A stretch of DNA of 64,000 nt from the human T2T-CHM13v2.0 reference genome, Homo sapiens. Where the stretch lies: NCBI RefSeq assembly GCF_009914755.1, contig NC_060939.1; one strand, written 5' to 3'. The notes under the pieces are model-generated. The model was not told the DNA's origin. It saw nothing but the letters and a program-made list of their open reading frames with translations, and did not search any database. Position numbers and translations under genes: made by a program. Of the stretch, positions 42,205 through 55,100 are shown in pieces; positions within the stretch are counted from its first letter, which is position 1, and each line of letters opens with the position of its first letter.

Positions 42205-45200
42205 TTGAGTCCATTCAATTCCATTCCTTTCGTTTGCATTCCATTTGATGCCATTCCATTCAATTCTGTTCTACTCGACTCCAATACATTCAATTCCATT
42301 CCATCCGATTCCATTACATTCTTTTCATTTCTTATCCATTTCAAGCCATTCCACTCCATTCCATTCCACTCGTTTCCTTTCCATTCGAGTCCATTCCTCT
42401 CCAGTCCATTCCGTTCAATCCATTCCATTCCAGTCCATTCCATTCGAGTCCGTTCCATTCCAGTCCATTCCATGCGAGTCAATTCCATCCCATTCGATGT
42501 CTTTCCATAAAGATCCATTCCATTCTATTCCTTTCGATTCCATTCCATTCTATTTCATTCCATTCGATTCCCTTCCATTGGACTCCTTTCCATTCGAGTG
42601 CATTCCATTCCGTTCCATTTCTTTCCGTTCTGTACGATTCCTACCGTTCGATTTCATTTTGTTCCAGTCCATTCCTTTCGCGTCCATTCCATTCCATTTC
42701 ACTCCATTCGATTCCATTCCACTCGATTCCACTTCGTTCCATTTCATTGCATTCCATTCTATTCAACTCTATTGCCTTCCATTCCATTCCATTCGATTAC
42801 ATTCCATGCGATTCCATTCGAAATCGAATCAATTACATTGCAATCCATTACTATTGAGTCCATTTTATTCCAGTCCACTGCATTCTGGTCCATTCCATTT
42901 GATTCCATTCCATTCTATTCCATTCCATACAGTTGCATTCCATTGGATTCCATTCTATATCTATAAATTCAATTGGAGACCATTGCTTTTGAGTCCATTC
43001 TATATGATTCCATTCCATTCAAGTCCATTACATTTGGTTCAATTCCATTCCAATCCATTCCCTTCCATTCCATTCCAGTTGATATCAATCCATTCGATTC
43101 CATTCCATTCGAGCACATTCCATTCGAGTGCATTCCATTCGATGCCATTCCATTTGATTCTATTCCATTAGTCTCCATTCAATTCCATTAATCTCCATTC
43201 CATTCCATTCTACTCCAACTGATTCCATTCCATTCTATTCCTTTCCATTCCATTTCATTCCATTCCATTCCATTTCATTCCATTCCATTCCATTCGCTTC
43301 CATTCCATTCGTGTCCATTCCACTCCAGTCCATTCCATTCGTGTCCATTCCATTCCAGTCCATTCCATTTGTGTCCACTGCATTCCATTCCACTCCATTC
43401 CATATTATTCCTTTACACTCCGTTCCATTCTATTACTTTCATTTCCATTCAATTCCATTCCATTTGATTCCATTCCACTCGGTTTCATTCCATTTGAGTC
43501 CACTCCATTCCATTCCATTCCATTCCATTCAGTTCCATTCCATTCTGTTCCATTCCATTCCGTTCCATTGCATTCCATTCCATTCGGTACCATTCCATAT
43601 TGTTCCATTCGATTCCATTCGAATCCATTCCATTCCAGTCCATTCCATTCGATTCCATTCCATTCCTTTCAATTCCATTCCATTCCATTCCATTCCACTT
43701 GATTCCACTCCATTCCCTTCCACTGCATTCCATTCGATTCCATTCCATTGCATTGCATTCCATTCCATTGGACTGCATTCCATTCGATTCCATTCCATTC
43801 GAATCAATTACATAGCAATCCATTACATTCGAGTCTATTCTATTCCGTTCCATTCGATTTCGTTCCTATCCATTCGATTCCATTCCATTCGATTCCATTC
43901 CATACTATTGCATTCCATTCGATTACATTATATTCGAATAAGTTCCATTCAAGACCATTTCTTTTGAGTCCATTCTATTTGAGTCCATTCCCTTTGATTC
44001 CATAACATTTGAGTCCATTCAATTCCATTCCTTTCGTTTGCATTCCATTTGATGCCATTCCATTCAATTCTGTTCTACTCGACTCCAATACATTCAATTC
44101 CATTCCATCCGATTCCATTACATTCTTTTCATTTCTTATCCATTTCAAGCCATTCCACTCCATTCCATTCCACTCGTTTCCTTTCCATTCGAGTCCATTC
44201 CTCTCCAGTCCATTCCGTTCAATCCATTCCATTCCAGTCCGTTCCATTCGAGTCCGTTCCATTCCAGTCCATTCCATTTGAGTCAATTCCATTCCATTCG
44301 ATGTCTTTCCATAACGATCCATTCCATTCTATTCCTTTCGATTCCATTCCATTCTATTTCATTCCATTCGATTCCCTTCCATTGGACTCCTTTCCATTCG
44401 AGTGCATTCCATTCCGTTCCATTTCTTTCCGTTCTGTACGATTCCTACCGTTCGATTTCATTTTGTTCCAGTCCATTCCTTTCGCGTCCATTCCATTCCA
44501 TTTCACTCCATTCGATTCCATTCCACTCGATTCCACTTCGTTCCATTTCATTGCATTCCATTCTATTCAACTCTATTGCCTTCCATTCCATTCCATTCGA
44601 TTACATTCCATGCGATTCCATTCGAAATCGAATCAATTACATTGCAATCCATTACTATTGAGTCCGTTTTATTCCAGTCCACTGCATTCTGGTCCATTCC
44701 ATTTGATTCCATTCCATTTTATTCCATTCCATACAGTTGCATTCCATTGGATTCCATGCTATATCTATAAATTCAATTCGAGACCATTGTTTTTGAGTCC
44801 ATTCTATATGTTTCCATTCCATTCAAGTCCATTACATTTGGTTCAATTCCATTCCATTCCATTCCCTTCCATTCCATTCCAGTTGATATCAATCCATTCG
44901 ATTCCATTCCATTCGAGCACATTCCATTCGAGTCCATTCCATTCGATGCCATTCCATTTGATTCTATTCCATTAGTCTCCATTCAATTCCATTAATCTCC
45001 ATTCCATTCCATTCTACTCCAACTGATTCCATTCCATTCTATTCCTTTCCATTCCATTTCATTCCATTCCATTCCATTTCATTCCATTCCATTCCAATCG
45101 CTTCCATTCCATTCATGTCCATTCCACTCCAGTCCATTCCATTTGTGTCCACTGCATTCCATTCCACTCCATTCCATATTATTCCATTACACTCCATTCC

Positions 45201-46135
45201 ATTCTATTACTTTCATTTCCATTCAATTCCATTCCATTTGATTCCATTCCACTCGGTTTCATTCCATTTGAGTCCACTCCATTCCATTCCATTCCATTCC
45301 ATTCAGTTCCATTCCATTCTGTTCCATTGCATTCCATTCCATTCGGTACCATTCCATATTGTTCCATTCGATTCCATTCGAATCCATTCCATTCCAGTCC
45401 ATTCCATTCGATTCCATTCCATTCCTTTCAATTCCATTCCACTCCATTCCATTCCACTTGATTCCACTCCATTCCCTTCCACTGCATTCCATTCGATTCC
45501 ATTCCATTGCATTGCATTCCATTCCATTGGACTGCATTCCATTCGATTCCATTCCATTCGAATCAATTACATAGCAATCCATTACATTCGAGTCTATTCT
45601 ATTCCGTTCCATTCGATTTCGTTCCAATCCATTCGATTCCATTCCATTCGATTCCATTCCATACTATTGCATTCCATTCGATTACATTATATTCGAATAA
45701 GTTCCATTCAAGACCATTTCTTTTGAGTCCATTCTATTTGAGTCCATTCCCTTTGATTCCATAACATTTGAGTCCATTCAATTCCATTCCTTTCGTTTCC
45801 ATTCCATTTGATGCCATTCCGTTCAATTCTGTTCTACTCGACTCCAATACATTCAATTCCATTCCATCCGATTCCATTACATTCTTTTCATTTCTTATCC
45901 ATTTCAAGCCATTCCACTCCATTCCATTCCACTCGTTTCCTTTCCATTCGAGTCCATTCCTCTCCAGTCCATTCCGTTCAATCCATTCCATTCCAGTCCA
46001 TTCCATTCGAGTCCGTTCCATTCCAGTCCATTCCATTCGAGTCAATTCCATTCCATTCGATGTCTTTCCATAACGATCCATTCCATTCTATTCCTTTCGA
46101 TTCCATTCCATTCTATTTCATTCCATTCGATTCCC
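42205..46135 (+). repeat. ~3.9 kb block duplicated at 60070-64000 (offset 17865 bp = 10 units)
   Basis: Shared CATAAAGATC (42506/60371), CCATGCGAGTC, AATTGGAGAC, CCTTTACACTCCGTTCC, CAATCGCTTCCATTCCATTCATGTCC with the same deletions, and GCCATTCCGTTCAATT. Anchor spacings are identical (1804, 1759). Confidence 0.88.
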
Positions 46136-49100
46136 TTCCATTGGACTCCTTTCCATTAGAGTGCATTCCATTCCGTTCCATTTCTTTCCGTTCTGTACGA
46201 TTCCTACCGTTTGATTTCATTTTGTTCCAGTCCATTCCTTTCGCGTCCATTCCATTCCATTTCACTCCATTCGATTCCTTTCCACTCGATTCCACTTCGT
46301 TCCATTTCATTGCATTCCATTCTATTCAACTCTATTGCCTTCCATTCCATTCCATTCGATTACATTCCATGCGATTCCATTCGAAATCGAATCAATTACA
46401 TTGCAATCCATTACTATTGAGTCCGTTTTATTCCAGTCCACTGCATTCTGGTCCATTCCATTTGATTCCATTCCATTCTATTCCATTCCATACAGTTGCA
46501 TTCCATTGGATTCCATTCTATATCTATAAATTCAATTCGAGACCATTGCTTTTGAGTCCATTCTATATGATTCCATTCCATTCAAGTCCATTACATTTGG
46601 TTCAATTCCATTCCATTCCATTCCCTTCCATTCCATTCCAGTTGATATCAATCCATTCGATTCCATTCCATTCGAGCACATTCCATTCGAGTCCATTCCA
46701 TTCGATGCCATTCCATTTGATTCTATTCCATTAGTCTCCATTCAATTCCACTAATCTCCATTCCATTCCATTCTACTCCAACTGATTCCATTCCATTCTA
46801 TTCCTTTCCATTCCATTTCATTCCATTCCATTCCATTTCATTCCATTCCATTCCATTCGTGTCCATTCCACTCCAGTCCATTCCATTCGTGTCCATTCCA
46901 TTCCAGTCCATTCCATTTGTGTCCACTGCATTCCATTCCACTCCATTCCATATTATTCCATTACACTCCATTCCATTCTATTACTTTCATTTCCATTCAA
47001 TTCCATTCCATTTCATTCCATTCCACTCGGTTTCATTCCATTTGAGTCCACTCCATTCCATTCCATTCCATTCCATTCAGTTCCATTCCATTCTGTTCCA
47101 TTCCATTCCGTTCCATTACATTCCATTCCATTCGGTACCATTCCATATTGTTCCATTCGATTCCATTCGAATCCATTCCATTCCAGTCCATTCCATTCGA
47201 TTCCAATCCATTCATTTCAATTCCATTCCATTCCATTCCATTACATTCCACTTGATTCCTCTCCATTCCCTTCCACTGCATTCCGTTCGATTCCATTCCA
47301 TTGCATTGCATTCCATTCCATTGGATTGCATTCCATTCGATTCCATTCCATTCGAATCAATTACATAGCAATCTATTACATTCGAGTCTATTCTATTCTG
47401 TTCCATTCGATTTCGTTCCAATCCATTCGATTCCATTCCATTCGATTCCATTCCATACTATTGCATTCCATTCGATTACATTATATTCGAATAAGTTCCA
47501 TTCAAGACCATTTCTTTTGAGTCTATTCTATTTGAGTCCATTCCCTTTGATTCCATAACATTTGAGTCCATTCAATTCCATTCCTTTCGTTTGCATTCCA
47601 TTTGATGCCATTCCATTCAATTCTGTTCTACTCGACTCCAATACATTCAATTCCATTCCATCCGATTCCATTACATTCTTTTCATTTCTTATCCATTTCA
47701 AGCCATTCCACTCCATTCCATTCCACTCGTTTCCTTTCCATTCGAGTCCATTCCTCTCCAGTCCATTCCGTTCAATCCATTCCATTCCAGTCCATTCCAT
47801 TCGAGTCCGTTCCATTCCAGTCCATTCCATTCGAGTCAATTCCATTCCATTCGATGTCTTTCCATAACGATCCATTCCATTCTATTCCTTTCGATTCCAT
47901 TCCATTCTATTTCATTCCATTCGATTCCCTTCCATTGGACTCCTTTCCATTCGAGTGCATTCCATTCCGTTCCATTTTTTCCGTTCTGTACGATTCCTAC
48001 CGTTCGATTTCATTTTGTTCCAGTCCATTCCTTTCGCGTCCATTCCATTCCATTTCTCTCCATTCGATTCCATTCCACTCGATTCCACTTCGTTCCATTT
48101 CATTGCATTCCATTCTATTCAACTCTATTGCCTTCCATTCCATTCCATTCGATTACATTCCATGCGATTCCATTCGAAATCGAATCAATTACATTGCAAT
48201 CCCTTACTATTGAGTCCGTTTTATTCCAGTCCACTGCATTCTGGTCCATTCCATTTGATTCCATTCCATTCTATTCCATTCCATACAATTGCATTCAATT
48301 GGATTCCATGCTATATCTATAAATTCAATTCGAGACCATTGCTTTTGAGTCCATTCTATATGATTCCATTCCATTCAAGTCCATTACATTTGGTTCAATT
48401 CCATTCCATTCCATTCCCTTCCATTCCATTCCAGTTGATATCAATCCATTCGATTCCATTCCATTCGAGCACATTCCATTCGAGTCCATTCCACTCGATT
48501 CCATTCCATTTGATTCTATTCCATTAGTCTCCATTCAATTCCATTAATCTCCATTCCATTCCATTCTACTCCAACTGATTCCATTCCATTCTATTCCTTT
48601 CCATTCCATTTCATTCCATTCCATTCCATTTCATTCCATTCCATTCCATTCGTGTCCATTCCACTCCAGTCCATTCCATTCGTGTCCATTCCATTCCAGT
48701 CCATTCCATTTGTGTCCACTGCATTCCATTCCACTCCATTCCATATTATTCCATTACACTCCATTCCATTCTATTACTTTCATTTCCATTCAATTCCATT
48801 CCATTTCATTCCATTCCACTCGGTTTCATTCCATTTGAGTCCACTCCATTCCATTCCATTCCATTCAGTTCCATTCCATTCTGTTCCATTCCATTTCGTT
48901 CCATTACATTCCATTCCATTCGGTACCATTCCATATTGTTCCATTTGATTCCATTCGAATCCATTCCATTCCAGTCCATTCCATTCGATTCCATTCCATT
49001 CATTTCAATTCCATTCCATTCCATTCCATTACATTCCACTTGATTCCTCTCCATTCCCTTCCACTGCATTCCATTCGATTCCATTCCATTGCATTGCATT

Positions 49101-52100
49101 CCATTCCATTGGATTGCATTCCATTCGATTCCATTCCATTCGAATCAATTACATAGCAATCCATTACATTCGAGTCTATTCTATTCCGTTCCATTCGATT
49201 TCGTTCCAATCCATTCAATTCCATTCCATTCGATTCCATTCCATACTATTGCATTCCATTCGATTACATTATATTCGAATAAGTTCCATTCAAGACCATT
49301 TCTTTTGAGTCCATTCTATTTGAGTCCATTCCCTTTGATTCCATAACATTTGAGTCCATTCAATTCCATTCCTTTCGTTTCCATTCCATTTGATGCCATT
49401 CCATTCAATTCTGTTCTACTCGACTCCAATACATTCAATTCCATTCCATCCGATTCCATTACATTCTTTTCATTTCTTATCCATTTCAAGCCATTCCACT
49501 CCATTCCATTCCACTCGTTTCCTTTCCATTCGAGTCCATTCCTCTCCAGTCCATTCCGTTCAATCCATTCCATTCCAGTCCATTCCATTCGAGTCCGTTC
49601 CATTCCAGTCCATTCCATTCGAGTCAATTCCATCCCATTCGATGTCTTTCCATAACGATCCATTCCATTCTATTCCTTTCGATTCCATTCCATTCTATTT
49701 CATTCCATTCGATTCCCTTCCATTGGACTCCTTTCCATTCGAGTGCATTCCATTCCGTTCCATTTCTTTCCGTTCTGTACGATTCCTACCGTTCGATTTC
49801 ATTTTGTTCCAGTCCATTCCTTTCGCGTCCATTCCATTCCATTTCACTCCATTCGATTCCATTCCACTCGATTCCACTTCGTTCCATTTCATTGCATTCC
49901 ATTCTATTCAACTCTATTGCCTTCCATTCCATTCCATTCGATTACATTCCATGCGATTCCATTCGAAATCGAATCAATTACATTGCAATCCATTACTATT
50001 GAGTCCATTTTATTCCAGTCCACTGCATTCTGGTCCATTCCATTTGATTCCATTCCATTCTATTCCATTCCATACAGTTGCATTCCATTGGATTCCATTC
50101 TATATCTATAAATTCAATTCGAGACCATTGCTTTTGAGTCCATTCTATATGATTCCATTCCATTCAAGTCCATTACATTTGGTTCAATTCCATTCCATTC
50201 CAGTTGATATCAATCCATTCGATTCCATTCCATTCGAGCACATTCCATTCGAGTCCATTCCATTCGATGCCATTCCATTTGATTCTATTCCATTAGTCTC
50301 CATTCAATTCCATTAATCTCCATTCCATTCCATTCTACTCCAACTGATTCCATTCCATTCTATTCCTTTCCATTCCATTTCATTCCATTCCATTCCATTT
50401 CATTCCATTCCATTCCATTCGTGTCCATTCCACTCCAGTCCATTCCATTCGTGTCCATTCCATTCCAGTCCATTCCATTTGTGTCCCCTGCATTCCATTA
50501 CACTCCATTCCATATTATTCCATTACACTCCATTCAATTCTATTACTTTCATTTCCATTCAATTCCATTCCATTTGATTCCATTCCACTCGGTTTCATTC
50601 CATTTGAGTCCACTCCATTCCATTCCATTCCATTCCATTCAGTTCCATTCCATTCTGTTCCATTCCATTCCGTTCCATTACATTCCATTCCATTCGGTAC
50701 CATTCCATATTGTTCCATTCGATTCCATTCGAATCCATTCTATTCCATTCCATTCCATTCGATTCCATTCCATTCATTTCAATTCCATTCCATTCCATTC
50801 CATTACATTCCACTTGATTCCTCTCCATTCCCTTCCACTGCATTCCGTTCGATTCCATTCCATTGCATTGCGTTCCATTCCATTGGATTGCATTCCATTC
50901 GATTCCATTCCATTCGAATCAATTACATAGCAATCCATTACATTCGAGTCTATTCTATTCCGTTCCATTCGATTTCGTTCCAATCCATTCGATTCCATTC
51001 CATTCGATTCCATTCCATACTATTGCATTCCATTCGATTACATTATATTCGAATAAGTTCCATTCAAGACCATTTCTTTTGAGTCCATTCTATTTGAGTC
51101 CATTCCCTTTGATTCCATAACATTTGAGTCCATTCAATTCCATTCCTTTCGTTTCCATTCCATTTGATGCCATTCCATTCAATTCTGTTCTACTCGACTC
51201 CAATACATTCAATTCCATTCCATCCGATTCCATTACATTCTTTTCATTTCTTATCCATTTCAAGCCATTCCACTCCATTCCATTCCACTCGTTTCCTTTC
51301 CATTCGAGTCCATTCCTCTCCAGTCCATTCCGTTCAATCCATTCCATTCCAGTCCATTCCATTCGAGTCCGTTCCATTCCAGTCCATTCCATTCGAGTCA
51401 ATTCCATCCCATTCGATGTCTTTCCATAACGATCCATTCCATTCTATTCCTTTCGATTCCATTCCATTCTATTTCATTCCATTCGATTCCCTTCCATTGG
51501 ACTCCTTTCCATTCGAGTGCATTCCATTCCGTTCCATTTCTTTCCGTTCTGTACGATTCCTACCGTTCGATTTCATTTTGTTCCAGTCCATTCCTTTCGC
51601 GTCCATTCCATTCCATTTCACTCCATTCGATTCCATTCCACTCGATTCCACTTCGTTCCATTTCATTGCATTCCATTCTATTCAACTCTATTGCCTTCCA
51701 TTCCATTCCATTCGATTACATTCCATGCGATTCCATTCGAAATCGAATCAATTACATTGCAATCCATTACTATTGAGTCCGTTTTATTCCAGTCCACTGC
51801 ATTCTGGTCCATTCCATTTGATTCCATTCCATTCTATTCCATTCCATACAGTTGCATTCCATTGGATTCCATGCTATATCTATAAATTCAATTCGAGACC
51901 ATTGCTTTTGAGTCCATTCTATATGATTCCATTCCATTCAAGTCCATTACATTTGGTTCAATTCCATTCCATTCCCTTCCCTTCCATTCCATTCCATTTG
52001 ATATCAATCCATTCGATTCCATTCCATTCGAGCACATTCCATTCGAGTCCATTCCATTCGATGCCATTCCATTTGATTCTATTCCATTAGTCTCCATTCA

Positions 52101-55100
52101 ATTCCATTAATCTCCATTCCATTCCATTCTACTCCAACTGATTCCATTCCATTCTATTCCTTTCCATTCCATTTCATTCCATTCCATTCCATTTCATTCC
52201 ATTCCATTCCATTCGTGTCCATTCCACTCCAGTCCATTCCATTCGTGTCCATTCCATTCCAGTCCATTCCATTTGTGTCCACTGCATTCCATTCCACTCC
52301 ATTCCATATTATTCCATTACACTCCATTCCATTCTATTACTTTCATTTCCATTCAATTCCATTCCATTTGATTCCATTCCACTCGGTTTCATTCCATTTG
52401 AGTCCACTCCATTCTATTCCATTCCATTCCATTCAGTTCCATTCCATTCTGTTCCATTCCATTCCGTTCCATTACATTCCATTCCATTCGGTACCATTCC
52501 ATATTGTTCCATTCGATTCCATTCGAATCCATTCCATTCCAGTCCATTCCATTCGATTCCATTCCATTCATTTCAATTCCATTCCATTCCATTCCATTAC
52601 ATTCCACTTGATTCCTCTCCATTCCCTTCCACTGCATTCCGTTCGATTCCATTCCATTGCATTGCATTCCATTCCATTGGATTGCATTCCATTCGATTCC
52701 ATTCCATTCGAATCAATTACATAGCAATCCATTACATTCGAGTCTATTCTATTCCGTTCCATTCGATTTCGTTCCTATCCATTCGATTCCATTCCATTCG
52801 ATTCCATTCCATACTATTGCATTCCATTCGATTACATTATATTCGAATAAGTTCCATTCAAGACCATTTCTTTTGAGTCCATTCTATTTGAGTCCATTCC
52901 CTTTGATTCCATAACATTTGAGTCCATTCAATTCCATTCCTTTCGTTTGCATTCCATTTGATGCCATTCCATTCAATTCTGTTCTACTCGACTCCAATAC
53001 ATTCAATTCCATTCCATCCGATTCCATTACATTCTTTTCATTTCTTATCCATTTCAAGCCATTCCACTCCATTCCATTCCACTCGTTTCCTTTCCATTCG
53101 AGTCCATTCCTCTCCAGTCCATTCCGTTCAATCCATTCCATTCCAGTCCATTCCATTCGAGTCCGTTCCATTCCAGTCCATTCCATTCGAGTCAATTCCA
53201 TTCCATTCGATGTCTTTCCATAACGATCCATTCCATTCTATTCCTTTCGATTCCATTCCATTCTATTTCATTCCATTCGATTCCCTTCCATTGGACTCCT
53301 TTCCATTCGAGTGCATTCCATTCCGTTCCATTTCTTTCCGTTCTGTACGATTCCTACCGTTCGATTTCATTTTGTTCCAGTCCATTCCTTTCGCGTCCAT
53401 TCCATTCCATTTCACTCCATTCGATTCCATTCCACTCGATTCCACTTCGTTCCATTTCATTGCATTCCATTCTATTCAACTCTATTGCCTTCCATTCCAT
53501 TCCATTCGATTACATTCCATGCGATTCCATTCGAAATCGAATCAATTACATTGCAATCCATTACTATTGAGTCCATTTTATTCCAGTCCACTGCATTCTG
53601 GTCCATTCCATTTGATTCCATTCCATTCTATTCCATTCCATACAGTTGCATTCCATTGGATTCCATTCTATATCTATAAATTCAATTGGAGACCATTGCT
53701 TTTGAGTCCATTCTATATGATTCCATTCCATTCAAGTCCATTACATTTGGTTCAATTCCATTCCATTCCATTCTCTTCCATTCCATTCCAGTTGATATCA
53801 ATCCATTCGATTCCATTCCATTCGAGCACATTCCATTCGAGTGCATTCCATTCGATGCCATTCCATTTGATTCTATTCCATTAGTCTCCATTCAATTCCA
53901 TTAATCTCCATTCCATTCCATTCTACTCCAACTGATTCCATTCCATTCTATTCCTTTCCATTCCATTTCACTCCATTCCATTCCATTTCATTCCATTCCA
54001 TTCCATTCGCTTCCATTCCATTCGTGTCCATTCCACTCCAGTCCATTCCATTCGTGTCCATTCCATTCCAGTCCATTCCATTTGTGTCCACTGCATTCCA
54101 TTCCACTCCATTCCATATTATTCCATTACACTCCATTCCATTCTATTACTTTCATTTCCATTCAATTCCATTCCATTTGATTCCATTCCACTCGGTTTCA
54201 TTCCATTTGAGTCCACTCCATTCCATTCCATTCCATTCAGTTCCATTCCATTCTGTTCCATTCCATTCCGTTCCATTACATTCCATTCCATTCGGTACCA
54301 TTCCATATTGTTCCATTCGATTCCATTCGAATCCATTCCATTCCAGTCCATTCCATTCGATTCCATTCCATTCATTTCAATTCCATTCCATTCCATTCCA
54401 TTACATTCCACTTGATTCCTCTCCATTCCCTTCCACTGCATTCCATTCGATTCCATTCCATTGCATTGCATTCCATTCCATTGGATTGCATTCCATTCGA
54501 TTCCATTCCATTCGAATCAATTACATAGCAATCCATTACATTCGAGTCTATTCTATTCCGTTCCATTCGATTTCGTTCCAATCCATTCAATTCCATTCCA
54601 TTCGATTCCATTCCATACTATTGCATTCCATTCGATTACATTATATTCGAATAAGTTCCATTCAAGACCATTTCTTTTGAGTCCATTCTATTTGAGTCCA
54701 TTCCCTTTGATTCCATAACATTTGAGTCCATTCAATTCCATTCCTTTCGTTTCCATTCCATTTGATGCCATTCCATTCAATTCTGTTCTACTCGACTCCA
54801 ATACATTCAATTCCATTCCATCCGATTCCATTACATTCTTTTCATTTCTTATCCATTTCAAGCCATTCCACTCCATTCCATTCCACTCGTTTCCTTTCCA
54901 TTCGAGTCCATTCCTCTCCAGTCCATTCCGTTCAATCCATTCCATTCCAGTCCATTCCATTCGAGTCCGTTCCATTCCAGTCCATTCCATTCGAGTCAAT
55001 TCCATCCCATTCGATGTCTTTCCATAACGATCCATTCCATTCTATTCCTTTCGATTCCATTCCATTCTATTTCATTCCATTCGATTCCCTTCCATTGGAC

